This document shows, in pieces, positions 11,890 to 24,650 of a stretch of 64,000 nt of DNA. The position numbers and the translations under genes were made by a program. Origin of the DNA: Octopus bimaculoides (Eukaryota); assembly GCF_001194135.2 (NCBI RefSeq), contig NC_068981.1, forward strand, positions 38,016,263 to 38,080,262, written 5' to 3'. Each line of letters opens with the position of its first letter. Position 1 is the first letter of the stretch. The notes beneath the pieces were generated by a model. The model saw only the letters and a program-made list of their open reading frames with translations, had not been told where the DNA came from and did no database searches.

Positions 11890-12720
11890 TAATTTACCCA
11901 TCCCAATACCCAAAAAGGTTAACCAGAGTGGCTGCTCTAATTATAGAGGAACCTCTTTATTAAGACAACCCAGAAAAGTCTATTTTGGATGTCTAGCAAA
12001 GAGATGTTGGAATATTGTCAAGCCCAAGCTAGCTGACGAATAGTGTAGATTTGGACCCAGACACAGAAAAGTTCACCAAATATCCACTCTGCAACAGGTC
12101 TACAAGAAGTTGTGAAAGTATGGTCTAGAAGTGTATGTTTGTTTTGTAGTCCCTGAAAAGGAATATGGCTGCAATCCATGGGACTTGTTGTGGACGTTTC
12201 TGCAGGAGTATGGGATTGATGGGCAGCTTTTTTGTTGCCTTGAAGTCCCTATATGAAAACCCAAGTATTAGTGCTTGGAGAAAAGACTTTAAGTCAAAAT
12301 CATTCAGTTGGGTGCCACCTCTTGTGCTCATAAACTTTATAGAGAAGACTGACATGCAAAGCAAGGTTGGAAGTTTAGGATCAGTCAGCTGGATTTTTCA
12401 AATGACATGGTGCTACTCAACTGGTTGGCAGATGATCTCTTACATGCACTTGATACATTTACTGCTGAGTGCTGCTTGGCAAGAATGAAAATCAATGATG
12501 AGAAAACTGAGACACTCATCCTCTCAAAGAGGCCTGCACAGCGCATTCTACATGTGAGTGGAGTCCCACTGAAGCAGATGGAAAAAGCTTAAGTATGAGT
12601 GATGGAAGGCAGGAAACTGAATTAGATGCAAGAATTGCACTGAAGCACCAGCTTTAGCATTCAATCATCAGAAGAAGGGATGCATCTGCCCTTACCGACA
12701 GTTATGAATCTTGGGTATTG
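11890..12720 (+). mobile_element. RTE-clade LINE reverse transcriptase relic (second lineage)
   Basis: PIPKKVNQSGCSNYRGTSLL (cf. PIxKKG...NYRGISLL), WTFLQEYGIDGQLFVALKSLY, decayed DD box then LHALDTFTAECCLARMKINDEKTETLILSK...EK; stops and frameshifts. Confidence 0.85.
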
Positions 12721-12744
12721 ACACAGAGCATATAATCACAAATG

Positions 12745-12880
12745 GCCTCCACACAGTTTCTGTCTACCAATTTCACTTACAAGGCCCTAAGCTATAGTAG
12801 AAGATACATGTCCAGGTGCCATACAGTGGGACTGAACCCAAAACCACGAGATTGCAAAACACGTCTCCTGACCACACTGC
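12745..12880 (-). mobile_element. SINE family B head
   Basis: CAGTTTCTGTCTACCAATTTCACTTACAAGGC..CTATAGTAGAAGATAC..GGTGCCATACAGTGGGACTGAACCC. Confidence 0.75.
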
Positions 12881-15414
12881 ATATATATTAATCCACTCAA
12901 TTTATATACTGAAAACTTCGCAATGTAATCAAAAAGAATCAACTGTTATCTGATGAGTCTCCTAGGCAAGCAGTTAATTTGCTATAGATCAGGTTACCTG
13001 AGAATAAAGAGGTATTGTAAATATGCACAATAAAATGTGCTGTTTGACAAAATCTTGTTGCAATATTCAGCTTCAGAATATTTCATATGCATTTAGGTAA
13101 GTATATTAAGTGAACACATTTCAAAATTATGATGCTAATTATTAAAGGTGCTTGCATCCAACTCATGCTCAATGCATCACACACAGAACAGACGTGAACA
13201 ATATGGTAGATATAACTAAACTTTGATGGATTATATGACATTGGGACTAAAATGAATCTGTCTCAACATCATAAGGGCTGAATTTGCTTTTCATGGCATT
13301 ATAGTAAACATAGCTAATATGGTTAATAACATAATCAGTAGTATTAAGATATTCTCACACCCCACTGCAAAAGCCCTTACATCTAGTCAAATGAAATCAT
13401 GATCCCTCTCATCAATATTGACATTAGTTTTAACATTCACAATTCACACCTGCTTTTTTTGTTTTTATTCTCCCTATATTGGCATGGTATATTTGATAAC
13501 ATGTAAGTGATAATATCATTCACTGCACTGCTTAACACCTATTCTTCAATAGTGACATGTTTCATGTGGTAATTCAATAGCAGCTCTCTGCAACACCTTA
13601 TCATTAGACACTTCTACTGCTTATTTATTCAATTATCATCATTTCTTCAGCACAAGAATATAGTTGAAGCTAATGAGAAAATGCTTAATTTACAGATCAG
13701 GCTGTAATCGAGGGCCAAAGTGTAATTTTATCCATCAGTGACAAAACTGCTTATTTTCATTTGAGCACTACACATTTACAAAGCTCTACATCTGCTTCAC
13801 GAGAGTTAACTTGTCTATGGAACATATCTAAAAGTTATTTGTCTACATAAACACGTTCTTGAAACAAAAAGAGAGATATTTTACTAAGAGATTTAATAGC
13901 TGATAAATTGTTAGGTTTAAAAAAAAACTTGCTTTGTTTATTTTTTATCTGAGTTTGGTTGTTTGAAATATATAGCCGGCATTATTTTATCTCTTGAGAT
14001 GGATGATGTTTTATAGTTTCTTAGAAATCAGATAAATTCATTAATTGTAAAAATGTGATATTCATTAATTCATTGTACTTCTTTTCATGTTTCAAATCTT
14101 TTCTTTTCTTTAGCCCAAAGAGTAAGAAGGTTTATAAAGCACAGTATTTAAAAAAAAAATTATCTTTTTCTCTTACTAATTGAAGTTCCAACAGTTTCTT
14201 TAATTATTCCTAGTCTAGTCAAGTTATCATGTTTTACTTTGATCAATTTATGGAACATGAGACAAAAGATTGCAAACATTTTTAATCATTTTATCAACTC
14301 ACAGAAGTATTGAGAGAGAAAAAAAAAAGGAAATTCTCGTGAGAGTTCTTAATTGTTGATTTTGTTTCAAATTTTTGAATGATAGAAGTCTGCATCACTG
14401 CATAATTATATAGTACTGCTTAGATAAAAAAAAAAAAGAGGAAAAGAACCCAGCATTTTGTGAACAATTAAGGATAATTTTATACATTTGTTTTTGTTTT
14501 TTTTTTCCTTTTTTTCTAGTATGAATGAATCTTTAAATGTAAAAAAAAGTACTTGAATGTCTTTATGAGCACTAAAACCCCCTGGAGTCTTAGAAAATTA
14601 AAGCTAAAAATCATAATGATGTAGCTGATTGAGTACATTTATGGCAGGTTGGTAAACATGGTAAATGGAATAATTTGCCTTGGTTGAAGTTGTCAACACC
14701 ATACCTCTAGGCCTGTGCGTGTTATCTGAGCATGTGAGTATGTGTGAAAATTTATGGGCATGTGTGCACGTGTGTGTATGCATGTGCGCATGTATGTGTG
14801 CATGTGTGTGTGCATGTTTGTTTGTGTGTGTGTGTGAGTGCATTGCATACAAATACATGGTGTTACTGTTATTTAACTCAAGGTCAGCCTTGACTAATGA
14901 TGATCAAAAGCATTCCAGACATGACTACCTTATAATTCTTTCAAATATATCTAAGACATTATTTAATGTGCATTCTTTTTACTAAATGATGACATGTAAG
15001 TCAAGCAAGATAGAGAAAGAAAGAGATAGAGACAAACAAATATAAACATTTGGCTTCTATTTTTAGCAGAGAGAGTGATCACGTAAAGCCTCTGACATTG
15101 GTTAGTATGATTATATGTATGTATGCATGTGTATATGTGTATGTGTGTGTGTGTGTGAGTAATAGAGAGAGTGTGCATGTGTGTACGTGGAGTGTGCACT
15201 TTTAGAATATGTGGCAACAAGTGTCAAATATAATATAAAATGGAGGATCTTCATGGTAACTGTTTATTTATATATTCAAAACTGTGACACTAGACATTAT
15301 ATATAAAATATTTATACCCATCAGGAATAATTTGTCAATATTAATCAAGAACTTCAGAAGAAATTGGAAAACTTCTTTCAAACTATAAAAGATATACCCC
15401 AGAGTAAGACTATG

Positions 15415-15586
15415 CAGTTAAAATGCTCATTTTGCAACCACACAATTCCAGATTTGATTCCACTGCATAGTACCTTGGGTATATGCTTTCTATCATGATC
15501 TTAAGTCGAGTGGAATTTGGTACATACACAGAAATTGTGTGGAAGTCCATCATATATTTATCGATATATATTATATACTTATAAGC

Positions 15587-15627
<41 letters not shown>

Positions 15628-15945
15628 CAAACTACATGTATACATATATATATTTATATATATATATAGGCACAGGCATATATGTGTGTGTGTGTGTGTG
15701 TGTATGTATATATCTATGTGTGCATGTCTTTGTGTCTGTGTTTGTTCTCCACGACTGCTTGACAACTAGTGTTGCTGTGTTTACACACCCCGTAACTTAG
15801 TGGTTCAGCAAAACAGACCAAAAGAATATGTACTAAGCTTAAAATAAAAATAATAACAAGTCCTGAGGTAAATTTGTTCAATTATAAACCCTTCAAGATG
15901 CTGCCCCAGCTTAGCCCCAATCAAATGAGTGAAAGAAGTAAAAAG
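15415..15945 (+). mobile_element. SINE family B, full-length, old, with internal (TA)/(TG)n
   Basis: Head at 15415-15555; 3' module TGCTTGACAAC...GTAACTTAGTGGTTCAGCAAAA...CAAATGAGTGAAAGAAGTAAAAGA homologous to 57960-58158. Confidence 0.7.
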
Positions 15946-16689
15946 ATTAAAAAATAATAAAAAGATATATAATACACACACACCTGTTTATATATACATC
16001 TGTGTGTGTATTGTACAAGTATGTATATCAATATTTACCTCTGCTGGTGCTTTTTATTAGATATTTGAACAGACTAGTGTACCCTATGTGGAAATTCTAT
16101 GAAAATTGCTGAAAAATATGAGGACTTAAATAATTAAATCATATTTTGGGCCTTGGCACTTCATTAGTCATGTTTCTGCTCACTATTCATATCTTAATCT
16201 TGCTGAAGTGTTTTTTCCTCTTTTTGGAAAACGTGTTTTGAAATTTAAATATTTTACCTGGCTTAAATATTTTATTTCTCAAAATAATCATAACCCCCCT
16301 CTAATCACTCTGTACCCATCATAATATCTTTAACATTTGCCACCTCTTCACAAGGTCACAATGCTATCAAAGAAGTGCTTTACAATGTTTACATCTCACA
16401 TTGTCTTACTGATCTGAGTATAAACCTCCATATCAGGCTATGCAGGGTAATGTATTCAATTATATTTTTTCAAATTTCTTTTCATGGCTTAGTCAAAGGA
16501 AGAACACATCCATAGCCCTTTTTCAAGCCCTTTCAGACTGGTGTGAGAAAAGGAGGAAGTTATTCTCACACAGAAAATATAGTCAAATGCATGGAACAGT
16601 ACGACACCCCTAAAGGCACCCAAAAGTCAGATGGTAACATCAAACCATGCAGTAGATTGAGTTTAATGCAACAAAACAAAAATGGCACC

Positions 16690-16860
16690 TACGTTGGACT
16701 TCTGCACAATTTTGATTTACCAAAATGTTTTTGCAAAACTTTGATCACACAGAAGTTATTGTAGAAGATACTTGCTCAAGATTCCACTCATAGAGATTGA
16801 AACTAAGTCTACATAGTTGCCAAGCAAACTTTTTAAACGAGACGGCCACACTAGCACCCC
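16690..16860 (-). mobile_element. SINE family B head, diverged
   Basis: CTTCTGCACAATTT...GTAGAAGATACTTGCTCAAG...GCCAAGCAAAC. Confidence 0.55.
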
Positions 16861-17487
16861 CATAGATGATATGATTTTGCATTGAAGCAACAGGAATTTT
16901 TACTAAGATTGAAAAAGTTTTAAGAGAAGTTTTTCATGAAAAGAGATATAAATAAAACTAAATTAAAAATGTCTATATCAAATTAGAAAAAAATGACATT
17001 TATGATCCAGATTTTATAGTCCTTGTATATTTTAAGTTCATTGTAATAATCAGCTTCTTGTAAAGAAAGACACAAGTAACTTCAATGTAATAGACATTAA
17101 ATACTAATCATTTGCTGAGCATATCTTCAAAACAAATGTTGACAGATACCTATTTTAGTTTACAAATTATGAAATGTTTGGCATTAATATCACTTCCTGG
17201 TATTTTCAGATTTACAACTTTCTGAATGTTGCATTAATGCTACACACTATTACTATGAAATCTCGTTGATTGACTCTTTTGTATTCTGTTAGTGTATTGT
17301 TTCTTATTTTATTTCGTTTCTGATGACATAGTGAACAGTAACTTCAAAATTACAAGTAAATAAGCTTGGTTTATTGGAAAAGTAGGATATGAATCAATAT
17401 GACAAACTTTGATGTGGAAATTTAAATAAATCTATATAGTGGGTAGGTTTCGTGCTCCAGGAAGATGTATGTATGTCGGTGGATTAC

Positions 17488-17685
17488 TTATCTTTTGCTT
17501 ACTTCAGCCTTTGGACTACAGCCATGTTTGGACACTGCCTTGAATGGCTTAGCGAAACAAATTGACTCCAGTATTTATTTCTTAAGTCTGGTTCTTATTC
17601 TGTTGGTCAATTTTGCTAAACCACTAAGTTAGCAAGCTGTAAAGAAGCCAACACCAGTTGTCACATTGTGAGGTGGGGAGAAACA

Positions 17686-17721
<36 letters not shown>

Positions 17722-17960
17722 CATACTCATGCATGAACACAGATAGATAGGCAGACAGGCAATCAGACAGACAGACAGATACATTGATACAACAGGCTTC
17801 TATGCAGATTCCATCAACCAAATTCACTCAGTCACAAGGTTTTTGTTGTTTTGGGGTTATAGTAGAAGACACTTGCCCAAGGTGCCATGCACTGGGACTG
17901 AGCCTGAAACCATGGAGTTGCAAAACAAGCTTCTTAACCACATGACCATGCCTGTACCTA
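17488..17960 (-). mobile_element. SINE family B, full-length
   Basis: Reverse of the 57771-58158 architecture: 3' module 17488-17680, (CA)n/(GACA)n, head 17790-17960. Confidence 0.8.
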
Positions 17961-18571
17961 TTTGTGTATTATGAAGTAAATGTAAAAAATGGGTGTAGCA
18001 GAACAGTTACTTCATGAGAATCAGAGATCAAATAGTTAAGTAGATATAAAATAAGACCCAAGTCCAAAAAAATTGGAGATGTCTGTTTTGGCAATATTTA
18101 GATCGTATAAGAGTAGAAGAGTTTGTAAAGTTCAAATAATGTGGGGAGTATGTGAATATTCATATTTTAAATTTGTATTAGAGTAATTTAAATGAAAATC
18201 TTCCAGAAAGTGTTTATGATTTTGCAGAAGAAAAATTGTACTTTGTTTATGAGTTTATTTTGGCATGTTCAGATCAAGTTAATCACAGATAAAAAGGTAT
18301 AAAAATCTTTGAAAGTGGTGGTCTCTTTATTAATACAATATTTTAACTCATTGATGTATTTCCAAAAAGGAGTTACAACTCTTTACTCTCTAATGATTTT
18401 TCAGCTTTCCATATATCTTCACCCTAGATGAGGTTATTTTTGGATCTGTTGAAGACATGTTTAAGATTCCAACTATTGACTATGATATTTTTAAATCAAC
18501 TATAATGATTCACTTGATAGAGGACATTCCTTGGAATAAATCTGCAAAAGGAATATTCTTTACTTTTCTAC

Positions 18572-18780
18572 TCTAGGCACAAGGCCCAAAGTTTTTTGGG
18601 GAGAGGGGCCAGTCGATCAGATTGACCCCAGTACACAACTGGTACTTAATTTATCGACCTCAAAAAGATGAAAGGCAAAATCAGCCTCAGTAGACATTTG
18701 AACTCAGAATGTAAAGACAGACAAAATACCACTATGCATTTTGCCTGGCATGCTAACGTTTCTGCCAGATCACCACCTTC
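18572..18780 (-). mobile_element. SINE family C
   Basis: GGCACAAGGCC...GACCCCAGTACACAACTGGTACTT...TTTGAACTCAGAATGTAAAGAC...CTGCCAGATCACCACC; B-box-like GAGTTCAAAT on minus strand. Confidence 0.85.
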
Positions 18781-20009
18781 TGTGAAAGGAACATTAAATC
18801 ACTTTTTCCCTCTGGATATCAGAGAGAGCATTTCAGATATGTGCCAAGAACCTCTCTTGTTCCCATGCCAGTGTTACAATGAAGCCCAGCGTCTGACAGA
18901 ACAAGTAGAAGTGGATTATATGCTTTCAATTGCTGTGATGTTGGGTGATATCTGCAACAGTTTGCTCATTTTGTACCTAGGTAACTCACTATCAAGATCA
19001 TGCAAAAGCTGATGTGCATCCTTCCATACTAAACAAAACCATGCACTGGCATGTCCTAAATTGTTTATTCTGCATTGGTATACATTGACTCATGGTGGAC
19101 AATTTTTCTGAGCCTCAAGGGTTTGCCAGCAATAATGTTCCATAGGAAATATCTTTATGGATGATTTCTTTTAGAAACATTCTTTTCAATAAATAACTGG
19201 TAATGAATTAGCTTGAAGGCATTAATCTTTGGAAACAGATTGTACACCTCAAATAACAGTATCAAGTGAATATGAAACTAAAATTCAGGATCCAAAAACA
19301 ATATTTTCTGTAAATGCACACACGCTTATGGTTTTCCATGTGTATCATAGAACTTATTTGCTAAATCAACAAATGTTCTATCCCAATTTAATTTAAAGCT
19401 TTCTCTGTGGTTGGTTGTCTTTCAAATTCCTGCCAGTTGCTAAGCAGTGTGAACTATCCTTTGTAAACAGCGTATGAATGAATATATACATTAGTACATA
19501 TACATGCTATCTCAATAATAAATATCTCTTGTAGATACATTCACACATGCTTATGTAACTCCAATCTCACATAGAATGTTTCTATATTAACACAAAATAC
19601 ATGCACTTTTTCAATGGTAATAAAAGATCACAGTGATACATGCTAAAGTAGCAAGTCCCAAAGCAATATTCCAGCTATGATTTCTTCTGGCAATCATATT
19701 AAGAATTGTCTTATTGTATCTTGTCTCTTGACATTAGATATTGACTTTCACTAAGCTATGTGTTATAGAATAAACATTTTTATTGAACTATATAATATTG
19801 TTTTTTATTCAACCATACACATTTCCACAGGTTATATGTGAACTACACTGGTATATAATAATGTTGTTATATTGCTCTTTCTTGTATGTTACACACATCT
19901 CGGTTTGTTATTTAATAAATCTCTATTTAGTATTCATCTATTTATTAATTATCAACATGTGACTAACCTCATACCAGAATATCATTTATATAAATTGTAG
20001 TGACTTCTG

Positions 20010-20186
20010 TCATACTGGCATATGATATAGTGGTTGATTTATGATTATGGGGTCAAGGGTTCAATTACTAGCCTAAGTAATGAATTGTGTCCTTGAGCAA
20101 GACATGTAATGTAATGTTACTCCAATACCACACCAGTGTTGGTAGAACTCTCTCTCCCTCTCTTTCCCCCTCTCTCCCACCTCTCG

Positions 20187-20237
<51 letters not shown>

Positions 20238-20380
20238 TGTAGCTGCAACACCCCGGATGCTAAGCCAAGTGGGTGAGGGGTGAGAGTATGTCTAAGTTTC
20301 CTTGTAACTACAAAGTCACCAAAACAATTAGCAACAGAGTAGTACACACTATCGCCATACACTCTTGTGAGTGGTGGTGA
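20010..20380 (+). mobile_element. SINE with family-A-like head, interrupted by (CT)n
   Basis: TAGTGGTT...GGGTTCAATT...TTGTGTCCTTGAGCAAGACAT head; (CT)n at about 20166-20235; GC-richer 3' part. Confidence 0.5.
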
Positions 20381-20410
20381 TGGATAATATATATATATAT
20401 ATATATATTG

Positions 20411-20743
20411 CTGCGATACCCTTTGGTGATGACTGAGAATGGGATTGCACCTAGAAAGTTACCCTCCGAAGCACAAGTCCAGGCAAGATTGTTTATGGAA
20501 GACCAGCAGTTGCCCATGCATACCGGTCTCCTGTCCCCACGCCACCAGTGTCATCCAAGGGAAAGGCAAAGGCCGATACAGCTTGGCACTTGTGACGTCG
20601 CAACTCATTTTTACAGGTGAGTGAACTGGAGTAACGTGAAATAAAGTGTCTTGCTCAAGAACACAACATGCAGCCCTGTCCGGGATTTGAACTCACAACC
20701 TCACGATTGTAAGCTCGATGCTCTAACCACTGAGCTGTGCACC
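20411..20743 (-). mobile_element. SINE family A, young copy
   Basis: Minus head GGTGCACAGCTCAGTGGTTAGAGC...GAGTTCAAATCCCGG (A and B boxes); CpGs retained; matches 4236-4542. Confidence 0.9.
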
Positions 20744-20767
20744 TTTATATATATATATATATATATA

Positions 20768-21172
20768 TAGGTGGAGGTGTGGGTGTGTAGTAAGCAGTTT
20801 GTTTCCAACCACATGGTTCTGGGTTCAATTCCACTGTGTAGCACTTTGGGCAAAGGTTTTCTACTGTAGCCCTGGACTATCCAAAGCCTTCTGAATGGAT
20901 TTCATGGACAGAAACTGAAGAGGCCCATCACACATATGTATGTAAGTATATGTGTACATACGTGTGTGTATGTTACTGTCTCCTTGCTTTGACATTGTGT
21001 AACAGTTGTAAATAAGTGTCTTTGTCATGCAAGCCGTGTCCTTCCTTCATCTTCCATCAAGACATATGTGGCTATGTGGAAATATTACTTTACTTGTAAA
21101 CGGGTAAAGGTTGGCATCCAATCTATACAAGAATGAAAAACTGGACGTTAAAACAATGATGATGATGATGTC
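20768..21172 (+). mobile_element. SINE with family B head and RTE-type 3' tail
   Basis: Head as at 57771, different 3' module ending GGTTGGCATCC...GGACGTTAAAACAATGATGATG. Confidence 0.7.
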
Positions 21173-21539
21173 GATATATATATATATATTGAGTTCAGGA
21201 TTCAGCAAAAAGTGAAAAGGCTGTATCAACACTAGCACATTTAAATCATAATGTGTGAAGCAAATTTCATGGGAAAATGTCTAATCATTATACTATATTT
21301 TTAAGGTGAGATGAGTAATTTACATTATGTATACTATTTATATTAGTCAGACTGGTATCTTCATTTTGATCTTTCCTTTAACTACATCTCAGCAGTTGTA
21401 TGCTCCAACACATGACATCTGAAGAAGGTTGGAGTGTACAACAGCCAAAGCAGAGTGAAAGTAACAATCAAGATGAGGACATCAATCTGACTGATATAAA
21501 CAGTATACATAATATATTTTTAAGCATTTAAAATCCTCA

Positions 21540-22385
21540 AGATGATTGGTCCAATATTGAAAAAAGGAACCAATGGAAGGTGTGCAACCTGACCAAATAT
21601 TGAGTTCATGAGGCAAGCAAAAGGCCATATCAGCATGAGATCTTTTAAATCATAGTGTGTGACGCATATTGCAGCTTGACTTAAATTTTCATCCTTTTTA
21701 TGATTGTGACTGTGTAAGAATAAATCAATAAGACTAGAAAAGTTGGAAAACATTTGCAAAGATCATACTCACAATGTGGACAGGTGACATGTTCTTCTCA
21801 TATATGATGAAGTCCATGCCCATGTGTCAGGTTATGTAAGTAAATAAAACATCTGCTCTTGGTTAGATAGCAAACCAAAACAACTTCATGAGTATTACAT
21901 TTATTGTGAAAGCATATCAGCGAAGTGTTGTAAAGGAACCTTTGATGTAATAGGTCCATATTTCTTTGAAGAAGATAGACATGTAGTAACAGGGAATTCT
22001 GATTGCTATGTCTTCATATTACACAAATTACTTTGCCCAGAAATAAATGGGGATTGCGTTAAAAGATAACAAGGGATTTCCTAAGAGAGAGCAATTGCTA
22101 ATACAGCAAGCATTTCCATGGATGTTACTAAAAAATATGCTTAGCGATTATGTCATTTCTCAAAATAGTTAAATCATGAAATAATGGAACCACACCACAT
22201 CAAAAGTCAAATTTTGATCAATAAAATGCTCACACAAGATGAGCTGAAAGTGGTTATTTGTAAAGAAATTACAATACTACCACAAGACAGTATGACACAC
22301 AATACAGAACTTCCAGGCTAGGATACAAAATAAGTATGCATAACATTTGGAAGCATCTGGATAACATTATTTTCAAGCTCGAAGA
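21540..22385 (+). mobile_element. Decayed Tc1/mariner transposase relic (second lineage)
   Basis: RILQLDLNFHPF, DEVHAHVSGYVSK*N (cf. SDEAHFHLSGYVNKQN), VIGPYFFEE..VTGNSDCY, LTQDELKVVICKEI, NFQARI, KHLDNIIFK. Confidence 0.8.
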
Positions 22386-22734
22386 AATTCTTATTCATGT
22401 GTTCCTTATATGCTTAAAAACCACACATTGTTCTGTACATTTAAAAAACCTCATGTACCTCTGCTGCATCCTATAAATATAATGGTTTGCCACACAGTTT
22501 CCATTGAGCAAATTCTATTTACATGGCATTGAATAATCCAAGGCTAGAGCAAAAATACTTCTCCATTGTGCTGCACAGGGCAATTAAACCTGCAAACTTC
22601 AATTCATTACTTTATATTGTGTACTCAGATATTTAATACTTCTATAGTTACTTTGTCTTTCTGCACCAGCATGGCCACGACCTTAGGGCTGAAAGATGGA
22701 AAAGTATAAAAGAATAGTACAGATTGAACCCTTC

Positions 22735-22890
22735 ATCATCATCATCATCATCATCATCATTTTATATCCACCCTTCTGTGCTCATATCAGTTGCAAAGAA
22801 TATGCTGAAGTGGAGTTTCTACATTTGGATGCTATTCCTGTTGCTAACCATCATTTGCTTCCAAATAAAATGATATTTTCCTATGACTAG
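22735..22890 (-). mobile_element. 3' module of the RTE-tailed SINE
   Basis: (CAT)n then TTTCTACATTTGGATGCTATTCCTGTTGCTAACC...TTCCAAATAAAATGATATTTTCC, reverse of 21060-21172; a similar piece lies at 37640-37770. Confidence 0.6.
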
Positions 22891-24145
22891 ACAGTCTCAG
22901 AAGATTAACAACAAAGTCTTAATCAGTAGGAAGGCAGACAAATCACAAATCTCTTCAGGAAGATGGCCCTGCTTGTCCTGAAGAAAAGGTATAGGTAAAA
23001 ACTCCATAAGATGTACCTGATGAAGCAATGGACACATAAGAGGTGCAGCAATATCAGAGGAAGGTTAACAAGGAAAATAGCTTTTGTGTGTGGAAGATGT
23101 ACAGGTACAATAAAAACCGAAAATGTACAGAAAACAGACACCATCATCTGCCAGGTGGATAAGCTAGAGGTTGTAGATAGCTTCCGTTATTTAGGTGACC
23201 AAGTTAATAGCAAAGGTAGATGCTCCGAGAGTGTAGCTGTGAGAATAAGAATATGCTGGGCAAAGTTCAGAGAGCTCCTACCTCTGTTAGCAACAAAGGG
23301 CCTCTCCCTAAGAGTGAAAGGCAGATTGTATGATGCCTGTGTGTGAACAGCTATGCTACTCAGCATTAAATCATGGGCTGTGATAGCTGAGGACATGAAT
23401 AGGCTTAACAGAAATGAAGCCAGTATGCTTCACTGGTTGTGCAATGTCAGTGTGCATGTACAAAAGAGTGCAAACATCTTGAGAGAAAAGTTGGGCATGA
23501 GGCATCAGATGTGGATGTGATGTGTATGAACGAGGACAGCTGTGTAAATAAGTGCTGATCTCTAACTGTGAAGGGAACTTCTGGTTGAGGTAGACCCAGG
23601 AAGACATGGGATGAAGTGGTGGAGCATGATCTTATGAACTTTGAGTCTCATGGAGGCAATAACTAGTGACCAACACATTTGGCGATATGCTCTGCTTGAA
23701 AAGGCTCATCAAGCCAAGTCACGGCTGATGCTGGTGTCATGTAACTGGCACCTGTGTTGGTGGCATGTAAAATGCACCTTTCGAGCAATGAGCCTCATGG
23801 AGGCAAGGTGGCTGATGCTGGTGGCATGTGAAAAGAACGTTTCAAGTATTGGGCCTCATGGAAGCAATGACAAATGACCAAGACTTTTGGCATTATGCTG
23901 TGCTTGAGAAGAAGACCCATCATGCCAAGTAAAATCACAGTTGTGACAGATACTGATGTCACGCAAATGGCATCCATGCTGGTGGCACATAAAAGCATCC
24001 ATTATACTCTTGGAGTGGCTGGCATTAGAAAAGACATCCAGCTGTAGAAACCAAGCCAAATCAGATTGGAGTCTGGTGCAACCTTCCAGCTTGCCAGCCC
24101 TGGTCAAACCATCCAACCCATGCCAGCATGGGCAACAGACGTTAA

Positions 24146-24182
<37 letters not shown>

Positions 24183-24189
24183 CGATGAC
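22885..24189 (+). mobile_element. 5'-truncated RTE LINE with PHD-like finger in ORF2, 3'UTR and (GAT)n tail
   Basis: TKVLISRK..GRWPCLS*RKGIGKNSIRC..KQWTHKRC..FVCGRC..EVVDSFRYLG..WAKFRELLPLL..KGRLYDACV..GRPRKTW; tail CAGACGTTAAATGATGAT. Confidence 0.92.
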
Positions 24190-24444
24190 ACCATTTGCAT
24201 GACAGTGACCCTCACTCACAACTGTCAGGAAATATCACACCAAGAAGAGAGTAGCACACACTCACATACACACACATGCAGACATACATATCTATACATA
24301 CATTCATATTTACATGCATATGTACATATATACATACATATACATATATGTGTACATATATTTGTGTGTGTGTGAGTGTGTATGTATGTGCATATATGAA
24401 TATATATATATGTATATATATATGTGTGAATATGTCTATGTACA

Positions 24445-24482
<38 letters not shown>

Positions 24483-24483
24483 A

Positions 24484-24650
24484 ACGGTGGGATTCTTTCA
24501 GTTTCCATTGACCAAATCCACTCACAAAGCTTTGCCCAGCTTGGGGTGATAATAGAAGATACTTGCCTAAAGTGCAATGCACCAGGGGTGAATCCACAAT
24601 CATGTGGTTCAGAAGCAGACTTCTAATACACATAATCATGCCTGCACCTG
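24484..24650 (-). mobile_element. SINE family B head
   Basis: ACGGTGGGATTCTTTCAGTTTCC..CCAAATCCACTCACAAAGCTTTG..TAGAAGATACTTGCC. Confidence 0.8.

Noticed and set aside
12995-13012. Minus-strand ctctttattctcag|GTAACC as a recursive splice site
   Set aside because: Imperfect donor, no supported host intron here, and such motifs are frequent by chance in AT-rich DNA
18668-19012. 114-aa plus-strand ORF
   Set aside because: First third is SINE C sequence; the rest has no recognisable motif and the opposite strand shows stops; possibly an unclassified decayed repeat
20673-20743. tRNA gene (TAC anticodon-like loop)
   Set aside because: Anticodon and acceptor stems do not pair, and it continues directly into SINE body sequence repeated elsewhere; it is a SINE head
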